From the human T2T-CHM13v2.0 reference genome, Homo sapiens, in NCBI RefSeq assembly GCF_009914755.1, contig NC_060925.1: a stretch of 64,000 nt of DNA; one strand, 5' to 3'. Below are positions 42,190 to 54,410 of the stretch, in pieces. Position 1 is the first letter of the stretch. Each line of letters opens with the position of its first letter. Made by a program: the position numbers and the translations under genes. The notes beneath the pieces were generated by a model. It was not told where the DNA came from. It saw nothing but the letters and a program-made list of their open reading frames with translations, and did no database searches.

Positions 42190-43764
42190 GGAGTTAAAAA
42201 ATTGTTAGACTGCAGATATCAGCCTAAAAAACAAAATATATATCTATGTCATTTATATATCTATATATCCATGTACAAAAGAAATTTGATTTACTTATCT
42301 TGTAATATGTCATAAAATTGCCTATTCAATAAATACAGATCTATACCATTATTTTAATAGCTATGTTGCCATTTGCTAAATAAATATCAGCATTGTTTAA
42401 TCAGTCCGTCTCTATCTGGCTTATTTTCTATGTTTCAATATTATGAATAATGTTGATTTAAACTTTTTTTGTATGTATGAATGTGTGTGTGTTTTATGTT
42501 TAAATCTAGTTTTTTTTTGGCTAATGTAATATAAGGTGATTGCATTCTAATATATTTATTTAGCAAACATGTGCCTTTAAAAGTTTTGTGTTCTTAAAGA
42601 ATGTATTTACCATGTTAAATTTATTTAATTGTATTTAAAATATGAATGCATATTTAGATGCATGCAGGTTATACAATTACACTATGGGTGCTTTGGAAAA
42701 TCAAAACAGAAAGACTGTGAATATTATTTGACAAAATAGTGAATTTCACTTTCCAAAGAACTTTCTAATATTAATCCAGAGTCCATTCTTTTGTGAAGAA
42801 AATTAAATGACCCAATTTTTCTCTGTTCATTTATTATTTATGCAATAATCCTCACATGATTTAATGGTTTGTTTCTAACTGAAATGTACAAAGTCCTTTT
42901 CGAATGAAAATATTACAAGCTGAAAATACATTAGCTGGTAGGTTTTGAAAAATAGAAGCAGATTTTTACTAATGCATTGAACTATACACCTCATTCTTAA
43001 CTTACTGGTATTTCAGTGGGCTGTGCCATCTTATGAATTTAGGGGTGTTTATGGTTTAATAGAGCCATCTTCCACATATTAAAGATTTCTGCAAGTTGAC
43101 ACTTTAGAAAAGAGAGATAATAAAAGAGGATGGGAGGAGTGGAACGTTGTTACTTGTTCTCACAGCTGTGAGGACTGTTATTAGTGAAAGACACTCTAAG
43201 AATATATTTCATTTTTGACAAGCAATCTCTGTCAAATGATGGCATGTCAGCATTTGGTGATATTTTGAAAAGAATGTCAGGTGCAATAGAGGAAAGAATC
43301 ACTAGTCTAATGGATTGTTAAAACAATGCATTACGTTTGATTTCTGAATACACTTGATTTCATCAAAACTAAAAGCTTCATTTCTTCTCATTCTTGAAAA
43401 ATGTCCTTTCTGTTTTGGAGTTGAGGGAAGGAGAAATAGTTTTGTGTTAACCTAGACTTGTTCCTTCACCGCATCTATTTACAGTTACAAGTGCAGCAGA
43501 AATATTTTAAACCCTCGATTGCTATTACTGATCTAAAATCTGCATTTAGTACTTACTTCAGTCTGACATGTAGGATTTTAGTCTTATAGCTGTTTATTGT
43601 ATATAAAGTCTGTATTTTTAAAACTGTCCTAATATGCACTGTATTTTCTTTCCTGCTAAGAAAAGCAATGTAATTATTATCCTGATTCTAAAACAAAACA
43701 ACTAACTATACAATGATAACAGAAATACTCACTGTGGCATTTATTAGTTATATAACTTTGGGCA

Positions 43765-43768
43765 ACGC

Positions 43769-43813
<45 letters not shown>

Positions 43814-43820
43814 CACGTAC
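43765..43820. repeat. Alternating purine-pyrimidine tract (CG)3-(GT)18 inside a MIR remnant
   Basis: acgcgcgcacgtgtgt...gtatacacgtac. Confidence 0.95.
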
Positions 43821-44519
43821 CTAAGATTTTTTATTGTATAACGGAGGTACTACTGGGACTTACCCCACAGCATTATTGTGTGGATTCAGGAGGTCAATGT
43901 GAAACACTTAGAATATTTTCTTGCACACAGTAAAGGTGCAGTAAATGGAGGTCCTCCACTAGGCATTATGTGCTAGTTGGAGTCCTAGCTGCAGTATTTA
44001 ATCTGAAGATGGCACTGTCGGCTGTTATCATTGAAACTGGCTTGAGGAATCAATAGCAGCCAATACTATAAAATGAATCCCTTCAGCATATATTCTGCAG
44101 TTCAAAACTGTAGTTGGCATGAAAGATAATTGTTTTAAAAGAAAACTTATTTTAATAGCAGGTCTCAGTACGAGCTCTATCACCAGATGGGTAAGTGACC
44201 TCGGGCAAGTCACTTAGATTTATACAATCACAGACATTTGAAACTAGTATCTGAAACTAGTAAATTTGAAGTAGTTATAATTAGGGGAATTGAAGTCAGA
44301 AATCACATAGCTAATTGGTGGCCAAATCTGAACTCTCTGTGCCTTGTTACTCAATTATACCACATTAATGCAGTCAACAAACATTTATTAGCAATCGCTC
44401 TATGCCAGTCAATCAATGTCAACGTCTATCAAATGAGATTCGATAGATACATTACATAAGGAATGCTTGAACAGGGTGAGTATACTTGAGTGTCTAACCT
44501 TATACCATTTTTTATTTTG

Positions 44520-46290
44520 AGATGTATCAGTAGTCCATTGATTTTTATTGCTGAGTAATATTTGATTGTATAGTTTGTATATTCTTCTGTTGTTTATGGG
44601 AGTTTTATGGGGGGAGTTTGATTCAATTTTTAGCTATTTATTAATATGGCTACTTTAAACATTCTTTTTCACATCTTTTTTCTGGGCATGTGTTTTTATT
44701 TTTGTTAGGTAAATACCCCGAAATAGAACTGCTAAGTCATGTGGTCAAGTGACATTTAATTTTATAGGAAGTTACCGATTGTTCTTCAATGGCAATAGAT
44801 GTGAGTTCCATTTGCTCCATACGCTCACTGACGTTAAGATAGAATTGTCTGCCTGTTTAAATGTTCTAGTGAATGTGAAATGGGATCTCGTGTTTTTAAT
44901 ATGTGTTTCCCTATTGACTATGATATTGAGCACTTATTCATGCGTATATTGCTTATTCATGTATCTTCTTTTGTAAAGTGTTCATTTAAATATTTTGCTT
45001 AATTTCAAATTTTGGCTGGCTGTCTTTTAAGTGTTTTTTTAAATGACTTTATGTATTTTGAATATGAATCCTTTGAAGATATATGAACTCTGAATATGTT
45101 TTACAGTCTGTGGCTTATTTATTTTCTTAATGGCAAGTTTTGATAAGCAGAAATTTTAAATTTTGATGAAATTCCATATGACTTTTTTCTTTCTTTCAAA
45201 ATTAGTGCTTTTTGTGTTCTGTTAAAGAAATCTTTACCGCAAAGTGAAAAAGATAGTCTCCTATGTTGTCGTTTAGAAGGATAATGGTCCTAGCTTATAT
45301 GTTTAGGTTTAAGAGGCATCTCAAACTAATTTTTGTTTATAAACTGAGGTAAGGGGTCGAGGTTTCCTTTTTTCTCCATAAAAAATTTTGTTATTCTGAC
45401 ACCATTTATTTTATTCTTCTTTTTCTATCTTCTTAAGGGAATAGCTTGGATAACTGATTTTATACATCTCTTCTAATTATTAAACCTTAGCTGTAACCCC
45501 TAAATGTTTTATATTATATTTTAATCACATTCTTTTAAGATGTTTATATTTTTCCTTTTTACTTTTCTTTGACTAATGAATTCTTTTGAAATGTTTTCAC
45601 TTTTCTTCTCCTCTATATCTTAATGTTATTAATTGCTAATGTAATATTATATTTGTTAGTGATCATGTTTTGTATGATTTCAATCCTTTGTAATATATTA
45701 AGATGCATGTTAGAGATATTATAGCCAAACATAATCTATTTTAATGAGCATTTCCTGTGCAATAGAAAAAAATGTGTATTCTTTGATTGCTGGATGTATA
45801 TTCTATAAATGTCAATAAGCCAAGTTAGTTGATTGCATTTTTAAAATATCCTATACATTTGCTTTATTTTACCCTTGACTTGTTCTATCATTCATTGAGA
45901 TGGATGTTAAAGTCTTTAATCATGTTTGTTGATTTATTTCTTCCTTAAGTTCTGTCAAATTTTGCTTAATGCATTTAAAGCTTTTTTTGGGGGGTACATA
46001 CACATTTAGAAGTGTGTCTTTTTGATAACATGATGCTTTTGTCATTATGAAATATCCCTCTTTGTTTTGAAGTCTACATCAGTTGCATCAGCTTTGTTAT
46101 TGTTGGTGTTTTGGGTATCATAATGATACCCTTATATTTTCAATTAGTATTATCCTTAAACTGTTTCTCTAATATAATACATAATTGTATCTTCCTTTTT
46201 AAAATTTCCAGTTTCTCAATCTCTTTCTTTTCACTGTAGTGATTAGTCTATTTATGGAACATTTTGGTGCCCCTACATTTACTGTAATTA
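44520..46290 (-). mobile_element. Old L1M (L1ME/MC-like) fragments, antisense
   Basis: ttttattgctgagtaatattt, ggtaaataccc, aaattttaaattttgatgaa, gtattttctataaatgtcaat-like motifs. Confidence 0.75.
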
Positions 46291-46638
46291 TTTCAAAATC
46301 CAGCTACTTAAGGTAGACTGGGAGAAATTTCTTTACTTAGGGAACATGATGGTCTCCTAAAGATAGTCCAGCCACTGTGGTAGGGTAAACAGAGAGGCAA
46401 CAAGCCCAGTTTCTCTTTTTCAGGCAGAGGCAAGAGAGGAAGTTTTAGCTCAAGATGTTTATGTGTTTCAAAATAACATCTACTCCTATACAAACCCACT
46501 CAGTAGCTGCTAAGGAATGCTAGCCATCTGAATGACTCATATATGTTTTCACTTTTCTTTTGCTCTATATCCTAATGTTATTAATTTCTAATGTAATATT
46601 ATTATATTTGTTAGTGATCATGTTTTGTATGATTCCAG

Positions 46639-46777
46639 AAGCAGAGCCCCTGGAAAACTCACATATGTGTCAACAATAGTCCTTGATGCCCCTGTAACAA
46701 AACTTGAGCAAGGCCTGGTGATGAAGAGATACAAGATTGTCACCCAAGGATTTGATTATACCTCTGTTGAAAGTTAA
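46639..46777 (+). CDS. Candidate alternative terminal coding exon of an unidentified upstream gene; frame from 46640 encodes SRAPGKLTYVSTIVLDAPVTKLEQGLVMKRYKIVTQGFDYTSVES*
   Basis: T-rich tract and ttccAG at 46637-46638, a 45-codon stop-free frame ending in TAA at 46775-46777, then repeat-poor AT-rich sequence with AATAAA signals; no upstream exon or protein homology identified. Confidence 0.35.
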
Positions 46778-48844
46778 TGCACACTCAACCGAATATGGCA
46801 ATTGGTACTCTCAATTCTATATTCTCAACAATTACAGTGAAGATACAAGTAGAATACAATCACTGCCACATTTTTTGAAATTCTGTGTAAACTGTAATAT
46901 TCTGTCAACATTAATGACATTTGAAGTGTCCTGTCAAAACAATTGCAGCTACTTTATGTATAAAACATATTAAATAGGCTCATCCAACTTGCATTCTTTA
47001 TTAAGCTTATTTTCATATTTTTTCCTATGGATGAACTTAAAAATAATTTTGTTTCTTAATTAAGATTCTATGCATGAAGATGCTGAATAATTTAAGACAA
47101 TTGTTCATTCAAATAGTTGCTAATTACACCCTCCTGGCATAGTTATTGTATTATTACTACATTTAGGAATAATATGCTGTACTACTTGGACTTGAAAATG
47201 TTTCTGACATTTTAATGAACACACTACTTAGTTATATTTTACAAGGGTTTTCAGTGAACCACAGAGGATTAAAAAATGTCATTCAAGGGTTGTAGATAAT
47301 TAAACTGACTGAATATAAGAAGCCTCATATGGAAGTGAAAATTATGTATGAATTTTGTTGAGCTGGAAATGTGTTTTACTAAATGACTTCAGATTTGTTA
47401 CTTTTAAATACAAGATGAAGGGAATCAAGGGGATACTTTCTTCTCACCTCAATTTGTTCCATTTGCATAAGCTATTTTATCTTTCAATATCCCTTTTGAT
47501 ATTTCATTTTGGCCCTTGAATACACTAAAGATTATTTAAAATAAATAAATGTTGACTTTGAAATACTGCTATATATATTCATTGCAATACATCAGGTGGG
47601 AAATTGGTGCAATTCAGTCACACACACAACCTCATAGATCAGATTTCCAGTTAAGTTTTAATAGAAAGAGATTTTAGATAGACATGACTTTCAATAAAAT
47701 GGAAGAATTTTTATTAGTTTCAAAATAATGATTTTACTTGCTTATCAACACAGTTGACCTTTCCCCACAGTACTATGATCTTCTTAGTACCTCTGCTATA
47801 ATTATATTAATGTCTTCCTATATCTAGAAATTTGATTATTATTCTATTTTTATGGATCATTAAATTTTTCTATTCAAGAATGATCCCTATAGTCAACTTC
47901 CTGAGGGATTTCTGCTTGCTATTTTCTGTTTCAATTGTGTGCATTTCATATTTACTATTAAAGATTTTAAATAATGACACATTGTTTAAGCGGTTGTAAG
48001 TCTGATTGTTATAAAGCTCTCTGGAGAATTCTGTAAGCTTTCACATCTGATGGAGAACTTCAATGAGAACATCTTTAATGTGGAATTCTTGGACAAGAAA
48101 CTACAGATTATCCATGGTTCAGAAGATATGATGAATTAGTAACTATTTTTCCGTACATAAAAAGTCAATCTTCCTAACCAGTTTGTTGTTTTAGCTAAAT
48201 GAATCGGTCAAATATTTTAGTTATATTAGCAATATTTTGTCTCTAAAATATCTTGACATAAAACTATTACTATGCATATATTATTAACCATGATCTTGTA
48301 TAGCTCTATTTCAAGCGTATTACTAACCATAACGAAAATAACTTTTAATACTGAAATACATCATCGAACTTCTAAGACTTTTTCTATTTAAAATTCCTAA
48401 GATTTGTAAAATTCTATCAACGTAGTTACTTAAAGCAAAACAAGTTGCGTTATAGTTTCTTAAAACAACATTTTGTATATTGTACTTTTTAAAAACAACA
48501 TTTCCCAGCTACCACTTTTGGCAAGAAATTGAGAGTTTAAACCTGTTGAAAGGAATATAAGATGAGTGTATGTGTCTCACAGTCATAATTAAAATGTGTT
48601 TATGAACATGTATATACTATTGCACATAAATTATGTACTCTCATTCATTCTTTAAAATCCACTATTTCTCATTATCTCAGATTGTGCTAAATTTCAGGTT
48701 AAGCTAATGAGGTATTTTCTTCTGAATTTTGAATTTCTTTCATGAGAAGTTACTAAGAAATCATAAGTAAGTTCAAATTCTTTACCAGTTCTCGATTTGA
48801 ACACTAGTATTCTCAGAAACCTAGGAACAGGAAAGAAACACCCT

Positions 48845-49217
48845 CCCTTTATCACAGTAGGCTAGGATGTGCTGCAATAGCCAGCACAAAAATCAAAGTG
48901 GTTAAACACAATGAAAATTTAATTCTCCCATTACAGGTCCACACAGGTCAGCAGGACTCACCCTCTGGCTGATGGAGGCTCCATCATGTTCCAAATACAC
49001 TATTTGCTACCCATGCTCTCCTTGGTCACTGCTATAGAGAAGCAGAGCCCCTGGAAAATAGCCCTAAGAAATTTAACTGCCTCAGGCAAAGATTGACATG
49101 TGTCACTGCTGCTCATATTTCATTGACATGGGCATGGCATACTTAAATGAAAGGGTGCCAGGAAATGTGTGTGTGGAGGATTAAAATAGTTGGCAAGCAC
49201 CAGTGACCCTGCTACAT
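48845..49217 (-). mobile_element. Ancient MaLR/ERVL LTR remnant (MLT1K/L-like)
   Basis: ggctaggatgtgctgcaata...ggctgatggaggctccatc...gtcactgctgctcatatttcattg...ctgctaca. Confidence 0.6.
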
Positions 49218-49679
49218 GGATATCTGCTATCACTGACACCCTGACTGTCACAATATGCAAAGAAAAACTCAAGTGCCTATGGGAAAGATCACATATTATA
49301 AAATCATAACTGAAAACTTGGGAACTAATATTTTTTCTACTGTAGAATATCCAACTCTTGTTTAACTTAACCTGTATTTTTTTAAAATAACAATTTTATT
49401 TCTAAAAAATACACACCGATTTATTGTTTTCATTTTTAGTGTGAGTGGCTACTGCTTGATAAAGTTTGCTCCTCGTGCATTCTTTTCTCTTTTTTTCTCC
49501 AGGGTGATATTGTGGATTGAACAGAGCACAGGGCTGAATCTGAAATACAGACAGGTTGCAATTAAAATAAAATTTACATAGATACATGTGGAAGGTCATA
49601 TAGAGAGCAAGACCAACTAGATATAAACGATGGGCAAAGGGGACAGAGAAGCACATAAAAGGTAGGTTTTGGTCTCATG

Positions 49680-50165
49680 TATGTTAGTTTCGTGTGGGTG
49701 TTGTAAAAAAAGACGACAAACTTGGTGGTTGAAGACAAAAGCAATTTATTCTCTCACATGTTCTGAAAGCCAGAAGTCCAAAGTCAGCATTACTGGGCCA
49801 AAATCAAGGTGTTACAGGACCATGCTTCCTCTGGAGGCTCTAGGGAAGTCTCCTTCCTTTTCTCTTCCAGCCTCTAGTGGCTGCCAACATTCCTGGATGT
49901 ATGCCCATATCACTTCTCTATACTCCATGTATACATTGTCTTCTCTTCTGCGTATACGTCAAATTTCTTTCTGCCTTGTGCTTATAAGGATACTTGTGGT
50001 GACATTTAGGGACCAACCACATAATCAAGGATAACCCCCTCATCTCAAAATTCTTATTTTAAGCGCATCTGAAATGACACATGTTTTCCCCCAAGTTAAG
50101 TAACATTTACAGGTTCCAAGGATTAGGACCTGATACCTTTGGGGACCATTATTCAGCTTACTATG
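49680..50165 (-). mobile_element. MLT1C-like MaLR solo LTR
   Basis: caaacttggtgg...aatttattctctcac...ctctggaggctctaggga...cattattcagc; TSD tcatg/ccatg. Confidence 0.88.
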
Positions 50166-51280
50166 CCATGTGAAATCTTTCTTTTATTTCTGTGCCAAGC
50201 CTAAAGAAATGTGTTCAAACAGAGGGGTATCCAATGAGAGAATGTCTTTAGATAAAATAGTCTAGGAAGGATGCCAGCAGAGCTGGCTTTAAGCCCAGGG
50301 AAACTCTACAGCTTTCTTTGCAGTATCATTTAAAAGGCATTGGAAGACTTATCTGACTAAAAGTATCAGCTTTTTCCCAAGCTTGTTACTTTGTAGTCAT
50401 TCTAGGTAGACAGGGGGTCAAAGAAGGATACCAGTGAATGGAAATTAGTCAGGAAAGTAATGGATATAGAAGGTGAAGACAGTATTTCCTAAATTCACTA
50501 TTTTACTCATGGGTGGTTAGATTTCACCTGGGCTCCGGACAAAAGAAGATAGTGGTGTGTATGTCATGGTAGAATGAAAACATCAAGGGTCTTCAGTAAA
50601 AATGTTTAAAAGAGCACATTTATTATTATTAAAGATTAAATATGCAGTTCTTCCATGAAACCTAAAAAAGAGATTTTTGTTTATATTAATAAGAGGCTGG
50701 TCATGCCTGACCTTCTCCAGTTTGTTGATGTGCCGTGCCCTCTCCTGAGCAATCTCTTACAGTCCTTTTGCAGAAATTATCATCTACATGCACCAAGTTT
50801 TGATTCTTCACCTCCGGCCACATCACTTCTGAAGATTTAGACACCATCTATCTATCAGTTGTCTATTGGTCACACCAACTAGCATGTATTCCAAAGACAC
50901 TTCAAGGGGCTTCCTTGACAAGTTCATCTTCAGCTCCAATTCCACCACTTCAACAATAACACTTACTCTTTCATCTCTCAATTCGGGCTTTACTGAGTAT
51001 CAGACCTTGATTCACTTTTCTAACTCACCACTTTTCTGTGTTGGGCAAGCAAAGTCAGCCATTTGGGTAAAAAGTACATTAATAGATACAACTGGGCTGT
51101 AGAGGAGGAAAATACCCTCTGTGACTCTGTGACTCCTAGTTCCAGTAACAGCACACACCTCCATCTCTGAGCACTTCCCAGTGTCAGAAGACACTAGGCT
51201 ATTTAATGACACTAAACATAGTAAAATCTGTGTCTAAGGAAACTAATTCAAATTATGCCTAAGGTAATCATATAATGGAT

Positions 51281-51819
51281 GAGGTACCCATTAAAGTCTT
51301 TGGCTCATTTTTAAAGTGTGTTCTTTGTTAACTTGGTTTTTAAGACTTCCTTTTGTACTTTGGATAACGGTCTTTCATGAGACACGTCTTTTGCAAATCT
51401 TTTTTTCCAGTATGTTTCTTCTCTTTTTATTCTCTTGGACATATCTTCAACAGAGAAGAAAATTTAAGTTATAATGACATCCATCTCAGTTATTAATTTC
51501 ATTGATCGTGCCATGGATGTTGTATCTAAAAAGTCATCACCAAACTCTAAATTATCTCGATTTTCTTCTCTGCTATCCTCTAGGAGTTTTACAGTTTGGG
51601 ATTTTATATTTAGTTCTATGATCCATTGTGAGTCAATTTTTGTGAAGGGTTTAAGGTATGTGTCTTGATTCACTTTTTTTTTAGTGTGGTTGTCCAGTTG
51701 TTCTAGCATTATTTATTGTAAACACTACCTTCTCCCCATTGTATTGCCTTTGCTCATTTGTCAAAGACCAGTAGAGAAAGTATGTATTTATGTGGGTCTA
51801 TTTCTGGGCTCACTATTCT
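51281..51819 (-). mobile_element. Inverted 5' segment of an L1MC1-like element (ORF2 3' part)
   Basis: The reverse strand encodes an L1 ORF2-like remnant (ORF 51464-51709: KPFTKIDSQWIIELNIKSQTVKLLEDSREEN). Confidence 0.85.
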
Positions 51820-52745
51820 AGATACATAGATGACAAATTCGCATACAAAAAGATGCTCCTCATCATATGATCATCAGAGAAATGCAAATTAAAACTACAG
51901 TGTGATACTATCACACACCTAGTAGAATGGCCCAAATCAAAAACATTGACATCATCAAATCCTGGCAAGGATGTGGAGCAACAAGTATTCTCATTCATTG
52001 CTGGTGGGAATGCAAAATGGTACACCCACTTTGGAAGACAGTTTGGCAGATTCTTACAAAATTAAACATTTTCTTACTATATAATTCACTAATCACATTC
52101 GTTGCTATTTATCCAAAGGAGTTGAAGACTAGTGTACACACACACACACACACACACCCCTGCACAGGAATGCTTATAACTTTATTAATAATTGCCAAAA
52201 CTTGAAAGTATCCAACATGTTCTTTAGTAGATGAATGGATTAAAAAATGGTGCTACACATAGACAATGGAATATTACTTAGTGCTAAAAAGAAATGAGCT
52301 ATCAAGCCACAAAAACACGTGGAAGAAACTTAAGTGCATGTTACTAAGTAAAAGAAGCTAATCTGAAAATGTTACATATTATATAATTCCAAGTATATGA
52401 CATTCTGGAAAAGACAAAACTATGGAGTAAAAACATCAATGGTTGCCAGAAGTTGGGGGAAGAGGAAATGAGTAAGCAGATCACAGTAGATTTTTAAGGC
52501 AGTGAAACTACCCTGTATGACACTATAATGGTGGGTACATGTCATTATACCTTTATCCAAACCCACAGAATGTACAAGGCCAAGAGTGAATCATAAGGTA
52601 AACTATGCTTTCTGGGTGATAATGATGTATCAGTGTATGATTCATCCGTTGAAACACATGTATTGCTTGGAGGGGGAGGTTGACAATCAAGGAGGCTACA
52701 CATGTGTGAGGGTAAGGGATATACGAAAATTCTCTGTACCTTGAC
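51820..52745 (+). mobile_element. Sense 3' segment of the same L1MC1-like element
   Basis: aaatgcaaattaaaactaca...HCWWECKMVHPLWKTVWQIL (ORF2 C-terminus remnant), then an L1MC-type 3' UTR. Confidence 0.88.
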
Positions 52746-53064
52746 TCCAAGTACAGGGGAAGGTTATGTCTGCCTTATGGCTTACATTCTGCTCCAGATG
52801 TTGTGAATTGCTTTTGCCACCAAAGAATTTCTGATAATAAAAACAAATTCTGAACACTTTTAAGAAGAGATCTCATGATATTTCTTTATTTCAGGATGTT
52901 CTGTCCTAAATCAACATTTTTTCTCTATGCTCGTGATATGTACTGACCAACTAGAAAACATACCTTTATATTATCTCTGCCCCTTGCCACTTTGAGCTCT
53001 TAGAGGGTTCCGGTCTCATACACATACAACACACATTGCACCAATTTAACGAATCATTTTATTG

Positions 53065-53530
53065 TTTGATTCTTTGGGTTCAAGGAGCAAGAATCCAACC
53101 CTAAACACTTAGGCAAATTGGAAATTTGAAAGGATAAACCTGGAGCATCATAAATATCCACGGTTTCTCCTGGACCTTGTTTCTCGGGAGAAACATTTTT
53201 CCAGTACTCACTTTGTTTCTTATTCTTGCTTCTTTCTTACTCCAAATCATCTTCTATTCTATGAGAAGAAACAAAGACTTCTTATGTCACACTGACTTAG
53301 AAGTTCAAATCACTGGGAAGGAAATGCTTTGCTCTTACTGGTGCCAGTTTGAGAAATCCTAGGAAAGACTTCAAATGTGGCACTTTGGGTCACTTGCCCA
53401 CCCTTAGATCTATCAACAGTGGCTACAGGGCAGAGTCAGGTGGGAAAAACACTGTTACTGGTGCCCACCATTTCTACAGACTCATTCCCAGAGGATGAGG
53501 GATTTTCATAGAAAGTTATAAAAACATCTC
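53065..53530 (-). mobile_element. Ancient MLT1-type LTR remnant
   Basis: ttctttgggttcaaggagcaagaatccaac...ttgggtcacttgcccaccctt. Confidence 0.45.
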
Positions 53531-53960
53531 ATAAATAGGAGATCACTTCAGACCCCTCCCTGTCACTCCTGCTTTGCACAACAGCAACCCTCCACAATTT
53601 CCAGTACACTTTTTTCTCTCTCTGCATGGACTGATCACTCTCCATCAGGACCCTTTAACGTGAAAAAGTTTGACTTATGTCCTTATTTCTGAGCTTAATT
53701 ATTTTGTTCTTCCAGAAGTCTTCCCTGCTATGTATGGCCGGAAGCCTTCCTTGCTATGAATGCTCTATGCTTCCTAAGGTGTCCTATGACACCTCTACTA
53801 CCAACAAAATATTACTTTTGACTGTCTCCCTAACTTGACTAGACACTGTTTCAGGGAAGCAACTATGGTTGGTTGCCAGTGAATACAATGCCAACGTCTA
53901 CTAGGTGCTTAACAAAATATTGATTAACTTTCTAAGTAACGTTTGCTTTTTGGCTTATGT

Positions 53961-54002
<42 letters not shown>

Positions 54003-54005
54003 ACA
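53961..54005 (+). repeat. (CA)n microsatellite
   Basis: Read directly from the sequence. Confidence 0.97.
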
Positions 54006-54169
54006 GCCTCGAGTTTTCTTTTTTTCTTTTTTTTCTCCTGCTGCCAGAACTATCTGTGATATCTTTTGGCATTCTCATCATCACTGTCAAAAAATATTTA
54101 TTAATAGCCAAATTGACATAAGCCAATGGTGAATTTGATACAAACCTTGGCATACAGGGAAAAAAACTC

Positions 54170-54410
54170 TATGAGGTAAAGTGCTTAAGGGCACTGGCTC
54201 TCCAGTAAAACTGCTTGATTTCCTGTCTCTCTTCAATTACTTATAGTGTGAGCTTAGGTGAATTACTTAAGTCTTTTTTGCTCTATTGTTCTCATTTCCA
54301 AAACAAGGATAGTAATAAATCCTGCTAATAGGTTCTATTTGTGAGAGCAAATAAAGAAAATACAAGCAAAATTCTATGAGCAGCAGTCGACCCAATAATG
54401 ATGAATAATC
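54170..54410 (+). mobile_element. MIR
   Basis: gtgcttaagggcactggctct...acttatagtgtgagcttaggtgaattacttaa...ttctcattt. Confidence 0.7.

Noticed and set aside
46637-49058. 21-bp direct repeat read as the TSD of a 2.4-kb retro-insertion
   Set aside because: There is no poly-A before the second copy, the second copy is embedded in a continuous old LTR, and the first copy is part of a separate cassette with its own 12-bp flanking repeat.
51464-52205. ORFs similar to reverse-transcriptase-element proteins
   Set aside because: They are decayed L1 ORF2 fragments with stops and frameshifts, not an active element or a host gene.
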